DNA from: Lachnospiraceae bacterium
GTDB taxonomy: Bacteria; Bacillota; Clostridia; Lachnospirales; Lachnospiraceae
Length of the DNA stretch: 64,000 nt
Direction of reading: 5' to 3'
Assembly: GCA_030825115.1 (NCBI GenBank)
Contig: JAPJQL010000005.1
Location: 2,068 to 66,067, forward strand
Shown: piece after piece, positions 45,550 to 55,297 of the stretch
Layout: every line of letters begins with the position of its first letter
Position numbering within the stretch: position 1 is the stretch's first letter
The notes under the pieces: model-generated
Database searches by the model: none
What the model was told of the DNA's origin: nothing
What the model saw: the letters and a program-made list of their open reading frames with translations, nothing else
Program-made: the position numbers and the translations under genes

Positions 45550-46686
45550 TTACCCCTCCACTTCATGCGATACCGTTAATTTGCCGGAAAACTTCGCCAC
45601 CGTCGTTGCGCTCAGCTCGGTGTATACCGGTTTGATAATATCGACGCGATCCGCGCCGGTCAGGTGGTTGCCGTCTGAGTCCTCCGGGCAAAGTATGAGT
45701 TTTCTCAAATAGTCCGGGTTGATATTCCGGTCGAGGCTGCTGCCTTGCCAGTATATGTACTGGTCGATCGAGCCGCCGGAGCTTTCTATATTTTCAACGA
45801 CTGCGGTCTCATTGGCTGCGGTTGTGTAATATTTCAGCTCAATATCGTAAGATTGGATAGTTGGAGCAGATACCTCCACTTTGTCGGTCAGCGGGCGAAC
45901 GTCGTCAGCGTTGCAGGCTGCCAGAACTTTGTCGAGTATAGACTGATCCGGTATTTCTCCACCGTACAAAATGGGCGTAATTACAACAACACCCGGGCTC
46001 GGTGAGCTTACATGTGCGTCGGCCACGGTTGCGTCAGCAGATACGGCGTAATATTTATATGAGTTTTTAGGCCCGGCCGTGGATCTGCTGGCTGGTGCGA
46101 GTCGGATCCTTTCTCTCAGATCCTCGTCGTTTTCCTCGTCGCCGCCTCCGGCTGTTTCCTCAGTGTTGGAAACTCCGTCAATGAATGGGATCATGTCAAC
46201 CAGCACATTGATCTCGCCGACTGGTATGTCGTTGTATGCCGTGCCGCCTTCCTCGCTTTCGACTTCGGCGTCGACATATAAGGAACCAGCCTGCAGGACT
46301 GTGGTCTCTGTGGTTTTGAAGTAGCGAGAGTAGTCCGAAGTTACGCGGGTTCCTTTGGTGATAATGATGTTTTGCGTTACTGCTTCTTTGAGAGAAAAGC
46401 GAACCGTTGTTGTCGCCGGTAGTGCTTCGATCCTGAACACTCCCGCAAATTCTCCCAGAGCGTCGAGAACGTCGCCCCTTGCATAGCGGAGAGTTGACTG
46501 CTTTGCCGAGTCGTTCATCGTGGAGTAAAGCGCTACAACGAGAGTCGCAAGCGTTTCTCCAAAAATTCGGCGCTCGTCTCCGGGGTATAATTCCTCGGTG
46601 ACGCCATTCTCTAAAACGTACATGATAAAGTCATAGATCTGGCCTGCGTCTGTTTCTATGAATTGCAATTCGCTGGTGCTACTCAT
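45550..46686 (-). CDS. Baseplate J-like protein
   Basis: ARGDVLDALG, GGGDEEND..LRERI, STAGP, VRPLTD. Confidence 0.92.
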   Translation of the reverse strand: MSSTSELQFIETDAGQIYDFIMYVLENGVTEELYPGDERRIFGETLATLVVALYSTMNDSAKQSTLRYARGDVLDALGEFAGVFRIEALPATTTVRFSLKEAVTQNIIITKGTRVTSDYSRYFKTTETTVLQAGSLYVDAEVESEEGGTAYNDIPVGEINVLVDMIPFIDGVSNTEETAGGGDEENDEDLRERIRLAPASRSTAGPKNSYKYYAVSADATVADAHVSSPSPGVVVITPILYGGEIPDQSILDKVLAACNADDVRPLTDKVEVSAPTIQSYDIELKYYTTAANETAVVENIESSGGSIDQYIYWQGSSLDRNINPDYLRKLILCPEDSDGNHLTGADRVDIIKPVYTELSATTVAKFSGKLTVSHEVEG

Positions 46687-46966
46687 TGTCCTCCTCCTCT
46701 CTTAGTTTAATTTGTGTTATAGTCGAAAAATCGCCGCCTTGTGCGTCTGGAGCCTCGAAGTCAATGCCTTCGACCTCGACGCGCGGCTCGTAAGTGTCAA
46801 GTACCCACTCAGCCTCCGCGATCGCGTCATATCGCGCCGAGGCGCTGGGTGCGTCTGTTATTGCTGCGTCGATCCCCTTGATACGATCATAGGGGTTTTC
46901 GCCTCTCGTAAGTTTCAGGAGATTGGCCGCGCATTGTCGCGGATCCCCGTTGTTGCTTGCCAGCAT
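46679..46966 (-). CDS. Baseplate W/gp25-like protein
   Basis: GENPYDR and YEPRV motifs. Confidence 0.75.
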   Translation of the reverse strand: MLASNNGDPRQCAANLLKLTRGENPYDRIKGIDAAITDAPSASARYDAIAEAEWVLDTYEPRVEVEGIDFEAPDAQGGDFSTITQIKLREEEDNE

Positions 46967-46979
46967 GTGATCGCCTCCT

Positions 46980-47615
46980 TTATGACACGAGGGACAGCGT
47001 GCTGATATATACCCAGCCGTCGACCTGCGGGAGGTATGCTTTGTTTCCGTTGATTTTTCCAATCTTCAGAACTCGCTTTTTTTCGCTGTTGAGAATTTTC
47101 TCACCGTCCGCATAGTATGAGCCGGTCAGCTTCACGCTGCTGCCTACTGATATTGTCACTTTTTTGCCCTTTTTCTTGGCTGCTTTCTTCTCTGCTTTCT
47201 TTGCTTCTGAGGCGGCAGCTCGGGCGCCAGATTTTCCGCTGGTTTCTTTCTTGTTTACCTCCTCGAACGTGAGCCCGATCGTGGCGAAGCGGATCCGGCC
47301 GTAATCGTCCATAATGACGCCCGAGAGGCTTACCTCTTTTAGTCTGGTTTCTCTGCCAAAGCGACGGCCGTGCAAATATAACACTCCGGTGCTTTTAATG
47401 AGAGAGCACCACGACTCGTACTCTTTCTGAGGGTTTACTCCGGCGTTTGCATGTACGTCAATGTCGAAGGTAAAGGGTACGAGCTCGGTTTTTTTCTTTT
47501 TGCTTTTGGAGTCGTCACCCTTGATCGTTGTCGAAGTAGAGAAGTTTTTCAGCGGGTTTACTTTCTTTCTGGAGACTTCGAAGGTTTTGTTTCTCCATTT
47601 TGCCATTACTGCCAT
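46980..47615 (-). CDS. GpU-like tail protein with Lys-rich linker and SH3b-like C-terminus
   Basis: Synteny; C-terminus resembles the endolysin binding domain. Confidence 0.6.
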   Translation of the reverse strand: MAVMAKWRNKTFEVSRKKVNPLKNFSTSTTIKGDDSKSKKKKTELVPFTFDIDVHANAGVNPQKEYESWCSLIKSTGVLYLHGRRFGRETRLKEVSLSGVIMDDYGRIRFATIGLTFEEVNKKETSGKSGARAAASEAKKAEKKAAKKKGKKVTISVGSSVKLTGSYYADGEKILNSEKKRVLKIGKINGNKAYLPQVDGWVYISTLSLVS

Positions 47616-47628
47616 GTGTGATCGCCTC

Positions 47629-47832
47629 CTAGCTTAGTGTTGCAAATATGAGGCCGGTGTCGTCCTCGAAGCAGACATAAGCCACGGCGGTGCCTTTTTT
47701 CAGCGTTGCCGCGTCGATGTTGTCAGCTATCTGGATATTAGGAGACACGAGCCGCGTGTCCTTCATCGGGGCCACCTTTGCGGTGTTGCCCTCAATGCTC
47801 AGGATCACGCCTTTGTTTATGGTTCCGTCCAT
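47629..47832 (-). CDS. Small baseplate spike-like protein
   Basis: Synteny; beta-rich, 67 aa. Confidence 0.5.
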   Translation of the reverse strand: MDGTINKGVILSIEGNTAKVAPMKDTRLVSPNIQIADNIDAATLKKGTAVAYVCFEDDTGLIFATLS

Positions 47833-48749
47833 TAGTAGCCCTCCAGTTTCTTTCTGAAAAATATTTTTGTTTTGTGCTTTCCGTAATCGTGCCGCACTTT
47901 GTAAATATAAAAGGCGCCGCTCCATGACGGGGCCTGCTGGTTTAATATGTTCACCATTATTCCGGGCGCATATATTGGCATGAGGCTCGCCTCAATGCTG
48001 CCGCATACAAGCATTTTATTTTTTTCTCGCAATACTCCGGCAGCAAAGCGGATTGCCTCGAGGGTGCTCTGGCACTTAATAGGCTTTTGTGGCACCCATA
48101 TTCGAGAGTTTTCTCCCGGTGCCTTATATGTTCCGGTGTAAGGTCCGCAAGATACCGTTGCCGATCCATACGATAGGACACTGTTGTCCTCACATTCTAC
48201 ATGGCAACCGGTCGTGTCGATTGTGATTGCTGGCTCTATTGCCTCGAGATACGGCTCATAGGCTGCGATCAGTTTACCGTCGTATATTGTGAGGGCTGCA
48301 CGCTCGAGCGTGCATAGGCGGCCGAAGAACTTGAAGTCCTCCTCGTTTTCTTGCTTCCTGTATTCGTACACATGATCGGCTACGCCGTAGCTTTCAAACT
48401 CCAGCCCGTGCCGTTTTGCAATTTCTTGGCCGATCTGTGAAAAATGAACGCGCTCCCATGCTTTAGAGTTCGGGATCGTACCGCTTGGCGGCATAGAATA
48501 GGCGCGCAGGTCGTAGTAGCTGGAGTCAGGAGCCGAGGAGTACAAAAACATTTTTCCCGTGCCGGTTCCTGAGTCCTTAAATTCAACCGGTGATCCGGTT
48601 CTTAAATTCCATTTGTCGAACTGTCCGTCTGTGTCTGATATTCTGACGCGCAAAGAGTCAGAGCGTCCTCCCGCATACATTTCATGCACGCAGGAGGAGA
48701 GTGCCACCTTTTCGGAAACGTCCGTATAATTTAATAACAATTCGCTCAT
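47832..48749 (-). CDS. Baseplate hub (gpD-like) protein
   Basis: Synteny; IAKRHGL...Q.NEEDFKF. Confidence 0.75.
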   Translation of the reverse strand: MSELLLNYTDVSEKVALSSCVHEMYAGGRSDSLRVRISDTDGQFDKWNLRTGSPVEFKDSGTGTGKMFLYSSAPDSSYYDLRAYSMPPSGTIPNSKAWERVHFSQIGQEIAKRHGLEFESYGVADHVYEYRKQENEEDFKFFGRLCTLERAALTIYDGKLIAAYEPYLEAIEPAITIDTTGCHVECEDNSVLSYGSATVSCGPYTGTYKAPGENSRIWVPQKPIKCQSTLEAIRFAAGVLREKNKMLVCGSIEASLMPIYAPGIMVNILNQQAPSWSGAFYIYKVRHDYGKHKTKIFFRKKLEGY

Positions 48750-48973
48750 GCTGTCGCCCTCCACGGTGGTACTGTCTCCGAGGTTTCTGCCTCCTCAACA
48801 ACGGGGAGCTTTAACTGCACGCCGCCCTCGAATACGATCACGTCGGCATAGTCCGGGTTGTATTCGATGATGTAATGAGCCAGACGCTCGTCGTTATACA
48901 TATCTAACGCAAGCAGGTCGAATGTGTCGCCGTCTTGTGTGGTGTACTCGTAGTATGATGTAACTCTACGCAA
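48746..48973 (-). CDS. Tail protein X (LysM-like)
   Basis: YTTQDGDTFDLLA...VPPW. Confidence 0.85.
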   Translation of the reverse strand: MRRVTSYYEYTTQDGDTFDLLALDMYNDERLAHYIIEYNPDYADVIVFEGGVQLKLPVVEEAETSETVPPWRATA

Positions 48974-51236
48974 AAGCAGTCACCTCCCTTGTTTGGATCC
49001 AGCGCTCCAGCCAGTCGAAGAACTCGGCCTCGTGAGCTTTGAGCCTCTGCATGAGGTCGTCGTTGTCCTCTGTAACCTTACCGCCAGCAATAACCGGGCT
49101 CCATGTGAAGCCGCTAAAATCGTAAACGATAGTGGTAGAAGGCTGAGATAGCTCAGCCAGAGAAAAGTCGTCAACGCTCAGGAGATTACCTGCGAGGGCT
49201 GTCTCTGATTTGTCGTATACGCCCAGCATTTCTCCAGCCTTTTCCCAGTAGCCTATATTGGCAGCCCTGACACTTCGGTCGAATGAGATAACAGCCTCAG
49301 TGCCGGCCTCTCCGGCGATCGTTATGCCTTCGGTAAAGCCACCAGTCGCAAGCATTGGTATGTTTGGAATACTAAAGCCCATACCACCGACGCCCGGTAC
49401 CCAGTCCGGGATCTTTATGCCGTTAATGCCATTGATAAAAGTGTTAATTCCACTAATGATCGCATTGATCGGAGCCTTGAAAATATTTGCAATTCCTGAA
49501 ACGATACCCGAGAAAATGCTGACAATTCCCTGCCATGCTCCGCTCCAGTTTCCGGCGAATACATTAGTAATAAAGTCGATAAGGCCCTGAAAAATCTGAG
49601 TTATAGACTGCACAATCGGGGCTATTCCCTGAATAGCGGTACCGAGTACGCTCGTAAAAATTCCGGCTATAAATTGAAGGGCCGGGGCCAGAAGTTCCAA
49701 AACCTGAGAAATAAGCGATCCCAGCACTGAGATCAGAGGGGTGATCGCTGTCGCAATCAGGCTCACAATTGGCCCGATTAAATTCATAACGGTGTCGAGT
49801 ATCGGCATGAGTAAGTTAATCAGCGTCATAAGGATAGGGAGCACCGTGTTGAGTAGTTCGATCACAACCGGTAAAACTGCCGATATAATTTGCATGATCG
49901 GCGGCAAAATTGCGGTTATGAGCTGCACCAGTACCGGCAAAACTGCCGCAATGATCTGAGACAGAAGCGGCAGGACGCTGCTCACTAACTGAATAACCAA
50001 TGGGAGCACTTGCTGGATCATTTGAAGCAGCGGTGGGATCAACTGCTGGCCGATCGTCTGGGCTGTCTCCAAAAGTACCGGTACAAAATCTTGAAAAAGA
50101 GGGATCAGCTGCGGCATTATGTCTTGAATTACTGGGATAATTGTCTCAGTCAAACCCTGAATAATTGGGATCAATCCCTCCATAGCTTCGCCGACTACCG
50201 GCATTAGCTGGTTGAGGGTGTCAAACATGGTATTCGCAAGCGGCTCGAGAGCCACCTGAGCCTGCTGCTTGAACATTTGCAGACGCTCTCCGAAGTCGTA
50301 AGTATCTTCGGCAGCTCCTCCGATTGTCTCGGTGCTTTTTTCCAGCTCGGCAGTCAGATCGGAGACTGAGAGAGTTCCGTCTCTGATAGCGGCAGCCATT
50401 GTGGAGCCGGCTTTTGTTCCGAAAATTTCCGAAGCAATAGTGGTCGCCTCTGTCATGCTGCCTGCGTTCTTAATCTTTTCGGCATACTGTTCGAGGCCCT
50501 CGCTTGCAGATATTCCTTCCTTCGCAAGAGCTCCGACGCCCTTTTTCATAGCTGCGAGCACTTCGCTGGTATTTACGCCGGCCTTGTCGAGCTGTCCGAT
50601 CAGGGCGGTGGCTTCATTGAATGAGTAGCCCATTTCTTGAAGCTGAGGAGCGAACTGCTGCACGCTGCTCATTAAGTCAGTGAAGCCGAGACCGGTTGAC
50701 TGTGACGCCTTGAACACATAGTCCATAGCGTCGCCCATGTCGGCCGCGTCGATGTTCCACGCTTGGAAGGCTTGGCTTGACTCCTCAATAACGCCGCCGA
50801 GGTCGTCCCCCAGCATGTCCGATACTTGAATCGCCTGCTTTGAAATGTTTTGTAATTCCGGGCCAGTTAAACCGAGGCGCGTGTTGTAGTCAGCGATCGC
50901 CTGACTGGCGTCCTCCATTGTCGTTGGTACGCTTTTATAAACCTCGTTAAAATCATCGGTGAGAGCGTCGAGAGCGTCCCCGGTGGCTCCGGTTCCGATC
51001 CTGATCGTGTCGACTACATTGTCGAATTGCCCGCCGAGATCTACGAGATACTTGCCGGCCTCAATGGTAGCCTTTCCGATAGCGGCACCCGCAGCAGCGA
51101 CGCCAGCACCTACGGCGACAGCCTTCAGGTTTATGCCCTCGAGTGATTTGCTGGCCTCCTCTGCGGCTTTCCCGAGCGTTGGGCTTAATGAGCCCGCAAT
51201 CTCCACGATCGCTTGTAGTGTTTTGCTGCTTGCCAC
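48966..51236 (-). CDS. Tape measure protein
   Basis: Ala/Gly-rich core with Pro-periodic amphipathic repeats. Confidence 0.9.
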   Translation of the reverse strand: MASSKTLQAIVEIAGSLSPTLGKAAEEASKSLEGINLKAVAVGAGVAAAGAAIGKATIEAGKYLVDLGGQFDNVVDTIRIGTGATGDALDALTDDFNEVYKSVPTTMEDASQAIADYNTRLGLTGPELQNISKQAIQVSDMLGDDLGGVIEESSQAFQAWNIDAADMGDAMDYVFKASQSTGLGFTDLMSSVQQFAPQLQEMGYSFNEATALIGQLDKAGVNTSEVLAAMKKGVGALAKEGISASEGLEQYAEKIKNAGSMTEATTIASEIFGTKAGSTMAAAIRDGTLSVSDLTAELEKSTETIGGAAEDTYDFGERLQMFKQQAQVALEPLANTMFDTLNQLMPVVGEAMEGLIPIIQGLTETIIPVIQDIMPQLIPLFQDFVPVLLETAQTIGQQLIPPLLQMIQQVLPLVIQLVSSVLPLLSQIIAAVLPVLVQLITAILPPIMQIISAVLPVVIELLNTVLPILMTLINLLMPILDTVMNLIGPIVSLIATAITPLISVLGSLISQVLELLAPALQFIAGIFTSVLGTAIQGIAPIVQSITQIFQGLIDFITNVFAGNWSGAWQGIVSIFSGIVSGIANIFKAPINAIISGINTFINGINGIKIPDWVPGVGGMGFSIPNIPMLATGGFTEGITIAGEAGTEAVISFDRSVRAANIGYWEKAGEMLGVYDKSETALAGNLLSVDDFSLAELSQPSTTIVYDFSGFTWSPVIAGGKVTEDNDDLMQRLKAHEAEFFDWLERWIQTREVTAFA

Positions 51237-51240
51237 GGTA

Positions 51241-51779
51241 TCACCTCCTTCGGCCTTTCTTATGCTTCAACACTTGCGGTGGTCTGTTTTTTTGTCTGCG
51301 TTTTTGCTCGGCGGCGAGGTCCTCGGCCGCCTCTGCATACTCGACTATAAAATCAATTACTCTTTTCCTTTCGAGCTCTGACGTGCTGGTGTGGAAGGTT
51401 CTGGAGTAGTCTCTGATTGCTCGTCTGAGCTGTCTGCCCCTGAGTCTCCCGATCCGATAAAAAAACCTCGGCCGATTTTAGAGAATTTAGTGAGGGACTT
51501 GCCCTTGATCCTCTCCATGTCCTCGAATGTATAAGAAGGGTTTACTGCAATGACAGCAGCGAAGCCGATGTATAAATGCAGGGAGTAGTCAAGCTCGACA
51601 GCTCCCGCAAGGTTTCCACCCTTTGAGCCGCTGGCTTTCATTTTGTGAGCCTCAGCCTGCGCATAGAGTTCGCCGCTGATCTCGTCGGTGTCGTAACTCA
51701 TTTCAGTAACCTGCACGCCGTTGATAAGCACCGGCTTGTTGAGTGTGATTGTTCCTCTTTCTTCTGTCTGGGTTCTCAT
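51241..51779 (-). CDS. Tail assembly chaperone pair via -1 frameshift (short form stops at 51357)
   Basis: T7 slippery run at 51459-51465; -1 frame open to TGA at 51241-51243. Confidence 0.8.
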
Positions 51780-51836
51780 GGTTTTGGTTCCTCCTTTTAT
51801 AGAAAAAGCCGCCGGCGTTCTGCCAGCGGCCATGTT

Positions 51837-52343
51837 TTACAGTAATTTGTTGATGTCGCTCATGTAGTCCTTGCCGTCAATTCTGAGGATCTGGCTCAGT
51901 CTGTCGACGAGCAGGTACTCATAACCTCCGACAAAGATCTGCACGCGGTTCGCGGTGTAGGTGAGCTCGTTTTCCGAAGCGGATCCGATTTCTGCACCGA
52001 TACCCGGGAGCGCAGTCGGTGGGAATGTTCTGACAAAAGCCTTGCAGCCCTCCGGTGAGGTGGAGCCGTCCGCTTTGACAACATTCTGTACCCATCTAAA
52101 TTCAAAGCTGTGCTTGTCGAGCTTTGACATTTTCCCGAGTCCTTTATCCTCGCCGATCTTCGTGATCGAGAGCTCCATATTTTCGAGCAGTCCGACAATA
52201 GGTACCGTCATTGTTCCCATTGCGTTGAGGTCTGCCGTCATTTGTGAAATTGCCGGGAGCGTGAAGCTGGTGTCCTTAGCTGTAAGCACACCGCTGTCGT
52301 ATACGGTGTCGGCAACCACCGCGCCTTTTAAGTCTAACCACAT
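51837..52343 (-). CDS. Tail tube protein
   Basis: Follows sheath; IDGKDY C-terminus. Confidence 0.85.
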   Translation of the reverse strand: MWLDLKGAVVADTVYDSGVLTAKDTSFTLPAISQMTADLNAMGTMTVPIVGLLENMELSITKIGEDKGLGKMSKLDKHSFEFRWVQNVVKADGSTSPEGCKAFVRTFPPTALPGIGAEIGSASENELTYTANRVQIFVGGYEYLLVDRLSQILRIDGKDYMSDINKLL

Positions 52344-52345
52344 AC

Positions 52346-53827
52346 TTACTCACCTCCTCCAAAATAAGCAGTAAAGCCTTCGTCTGTGTACGATACGCGC
52401 GCCGTTCCGCTCTTAAATGGCGGGGTAGGGGTTGCGCTAATATCCCAGACAAAGTCGCCGTTCATCAGGTTGCTGGTAGGGTTGGCCGTCTCCAAAAATT
52501 CAACGGTAGGATCTCCGATAAGAGCGCCGCGGCCCTTTAACGAGTCGAGTTCCTCCTGCTCGTCAATGAGTATGCTCTGCTGGAGGCTCAGATCCATAGT
52601 GCTGTCGATCTGGGTGCCGTGGCGGCGCTGGAAGCCGTTAGTAATATACATAAGCATACGGATATTAACGTCGAAAATGTAGCGGGCAACACCGTCGGAA
52701 CCGTACTCGTAGTAGGCTGTGTGAGGTCCCCAGAGCACCCAGAGGCCGCCCCAAAATACTGCGGTAGTAATTCCCTTTGAATTGAGTTCGTTGCCGTCCT
52801 GCTGATCGAAGCCCTCATTTTCAGAGTTGGCCCCAAAATACTGAGCGGTACACATGATCTCTTTGTTTGACGGGCTTTCCATTGGAATATTGTCGTGACT
52901 GTTGTCAACTCTCTGCATTGTGACGGTTGCCTGAGTGCTCAGGTGGTACACTTTGCCAGCATACTGAACCTGCGGCCAGTAAACCTTCGAAAAACCGTTG
53001 TTGTAGCCGTTGCTGTCGGCCCACTCCTCGGCTTTTTTGAGCGTGTCAATGGCAGCCTTCGCCTTGCTGTCGTAAATTGGTAAGTCAGCATTTACAAAAG
53101 CGTCCCAGTGGCCGTTTAATTTCTGAACGACCGAGATCATAGCCTTGTAAACGTCTGGATCTTCACTCCAGAACGGTGCGGCCAGAATGTTGAGCACGGC
53201 GTTGAACATAGTGTAGAGCTTAGAGAGAGCCTGCAGTCCGGTCCTCTTGCCGGAGGCTGTAACGCTTCCGATAATGTCACTCTTGGTTACGAGAGACGGA
53301 TCCACCTCTGTGAATGAAGCCTCCACCGTGCCGGTGATAGGATCGGCGTCATTCAATGACTCAATGACTACGGCACCTTTGGTATAGTTGTAGTCGAGAG
53401 AGTAGTCTGCACCCAGTACCTTGTCGGAGAGTGCAAAGGTGTCAAGTATAATTGTGTCAGTCACATACTCGGCGCGGCCGTTCTTGAATGTGAGCTCGAC
53501 GGTTGTCTTGACGTCTTTCTGGTGGACGGCCGGATCTAATACGTTGATGATATAGATCGGCCCCACGTTTCCGATTGTGTTCGCAAAATGGCAGTCGAAC
53601 GGCTCGCATAATGTGAACTTGTCCCAGTTGCTCGAGTAGCCGACTGTTGCCTGCGTTTTTGGCATGTTTTCCAGCTTGATCGGTGTGTTAATCAGGCCCT
53701 TCTCCTTATAACCTAAAACAAGGTTAATAGGCGCGGTTCCGATGTACGCCACAACGGTGTCAACCTGAACGGCGCTTTTTACTTTATCGTTTCCGATCTC
53801 GCCGTAAGCTCCGTGTTGATAGCTCAT
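52346..53827 (-). CDS. Tail sheath protein
   Basis: YQHG N-terminus, IGTAP, LNSKGITT, WG motifs. Confidence 0.9.
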   Translation of the reverse strand: MSYQHGAYGEIGNDKVKSAVQVDTVVAYIGTAPINLVLGYKEKGLINTPIKLENMPKTQATVGYSSNWDKFTLCEPFDCHFANTIGNVGPIYIINVLDPAVHQKDVKTTVELTFKNGRAEYVTDTIILDTFALSDKVLGADYSLDYNYTKGAVVIESLNDADPITGTVEASFTEVDPSLVTKSDIIGSVTASGKRTGLQALSKLYTMFNAVLNILAAPFWSEDPDVYKAMISVVQKLNGHWDAFVNADLPIYDSKAKAAIDTLKKAEEWADSNGYNNGFSKVYWPQVQYAGKVYHLSTQATVTMQRVDNSHDNIPMESPSNKEIMCTAQYFGANSENEGFDQQDGNELNSKGITTAVFWGGLWVLWGPHTAYYEYGSDGVARYIFDVNIRMLMYITNGFQRRHGTQIDSTMDLSLQQSILIDEQEELDSLKGRGALIGDPTVEFLETANPTSNLMNGDFVWDISATPTPPFKSGTARVSYTDEGFTAYFGGGE

Positions 53828-53842
53828 CTGTAAATCACTCCT

Positions 53843-54463
53843 TTACAATAATTTTTCATAGTCTGCGGGTATCTTGCGGGCCAGTCCGTGCTCGAGAGTG
53901 AACTGCACCCAGCAAAACCAGTACGGGTAATAGCTCACGAGAGCCCCGTCCTCAGTAAATGGGCCGTACTCTATGTTGTTTTCCTTGACGAGCCGCAGCC
54001 CCGCAATATACTCAGTGTTTTCGATTGCTTGCAGTACCTTGTCGGTAAAACTCCAGACGTCCCGCCAGCCCTCGAGGTTTCTTTTGAAATTTTCGCTCGG
54101 CTCTCTGCGGTACTTCACGCCGCCGAGTGCCTGCGGATCCTGCTCGGGTACCGCCATTTCGCTGCCGTGCTGCCCCGGGTTCCATGCCGCAAGCGCGAGC
54201 TGTATCGTCATTTGACCGATGTGCTGCGCCGGTGCGTGCTTGCCTTTTAAGAGCTGCACGCATAGCGAAGGAATGGGTGCCGCAACGTCTGGCGGCTTTC
54301 TGTCCTGAGTAGGAATGTACATAGCAAAGGCGGCCGGGTGTGCTGTCTGCACATTGTAGCCGCCGTCGTTTACTTTGTCGTCTGGAACTTTCAGAAGTAT
54401 GCCGGGGCAGACTTCCTCCTCGAACCATTTGACAATATTGTCAAGATCGCTTGTTATAGCCAT
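53843..54463 (-). CDS. Tail completion/terminator-like protein
   Basis: Synteny. Confidence 0.6.
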   Translation of the reverse strand: MAITSDLDNIVKWFEEEVCPGILLKVPDDKVNDGGYNVQTAHPAAFAMYIPTQDRKPPDVAAPIPSLCVQLLKGKHAPAQHIGQMTIQLALAAWNPGQHGSEMAVPEQDPQALGGVKYRREPSENFKRNLEGWRDVWSFTDKVLQAIENTEYIAGLRLVKENNIEYGPFTEDGALVSYYPYWFCWVQFTLEHGLARKIPADYEKLL

Positions 54464-54473
54464 AGCGCACCTC

Positions 54474-54797
54474 CTAGACCATGCGGGTGTGGTGCAGGGC
54501 TATCTGGGTGATCCCCAGATTTTCAGCCCATGAGTCAACAGTACACTCTCGGCCGTCCACATTCAGCGCGGAGCCCGGAGCTTTTTCACCCTCCAGATCT
54601 TCGGTTCTGGCAAAAATAAGAGTGTCGGACTCAGCAACGCCCAAAATGTTGCCGTTTTTCATCGTGACAAGCGTATCGTTGTCGATGATGATCGTTATAC
54701 TTTTACCCTCGATTTTATGAACTTCTCCGAAGTCCTCGAGCTGCATGAATACGAGATCAATATCCGACGCTATGAGGTCTTTGAGACTCTTACTCAA
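54474..54797 (-). CDS. Head-tail joining protein
   Basis: Synteny; TTG start. Confidence 0.6.
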   Translation of the reverse strand: MSKSLKDLIASDIDLVFMQLEDFGEVHKIEGKSITIIIDNDTLVTMKNGNILGVAESDTLIFARTEDLEGEKAPGSALNVDGRECTVDSWAENLGITQIALHHTRMV

Positions 54798-55272
54798 CCG
54801 GATCCATAGCACCAAAAGCCGGAGGGGCTTCGGTGTCGTCCTCCTCTGCAAAGTAATCGTCGAGCAGCTTAATGACTTCGGCCTTTGTGCGCATATTCTG
54901 GGCGTCGAGTCCGCAAGCTCCAGCGAGTGCCTGCAACTCTGTGAGTTTCATTTTGTCGCTGTACTCTGGCTTTTCTGCTTTTTCGCTCTGAGGATCTTCG
55001 TCTCCGTCAGCTTCCGGATCCAGATCCTGCTCTGGTTCCTCTGCTTCCGGTTCTGCCGGATCCTCTGCCGGCTGCTGCTCGGCGCCGGCGGTTTCTGGTT
55101 CTGGCTCCAGCTCGGCCTCTGGGATAATTACGTTTGCATATTCAGCAACGCCCTGAGCCACGAGCTCGGCCTCTCTCTCAGGATCGAGAGAGAAGGGCTC
55201 GGAGTCTTTGTCTTTGGGTAATATGATCCCGTTCTCTTTATAGCCGTATACTCCGGCGATAATTTTAATCAT
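54790..55272 (-). CDS. Acidic head-associated protein
   Basis: E/P-rich linker; C-terminal helical motif. Confidence 0.6.
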   Translation of the reverse strand: MIKIIAGVYGYKENGIILPKDKDSEPFSLDPEREAELVAQGVAEYANVIIPEAELEPEPETAGAEQQPAEDPAEPEAEEPEQDLDPEADGDEDPQSEKAEKPEYSDKMKLTELQALAGACGLDAQNMRTKAEVIKLLDDYFAEEDDTEAPPAFGAMDPVE

Positions 55273-55297
55273 TTGGCGGCTCCTTTCTTCGCATTTC

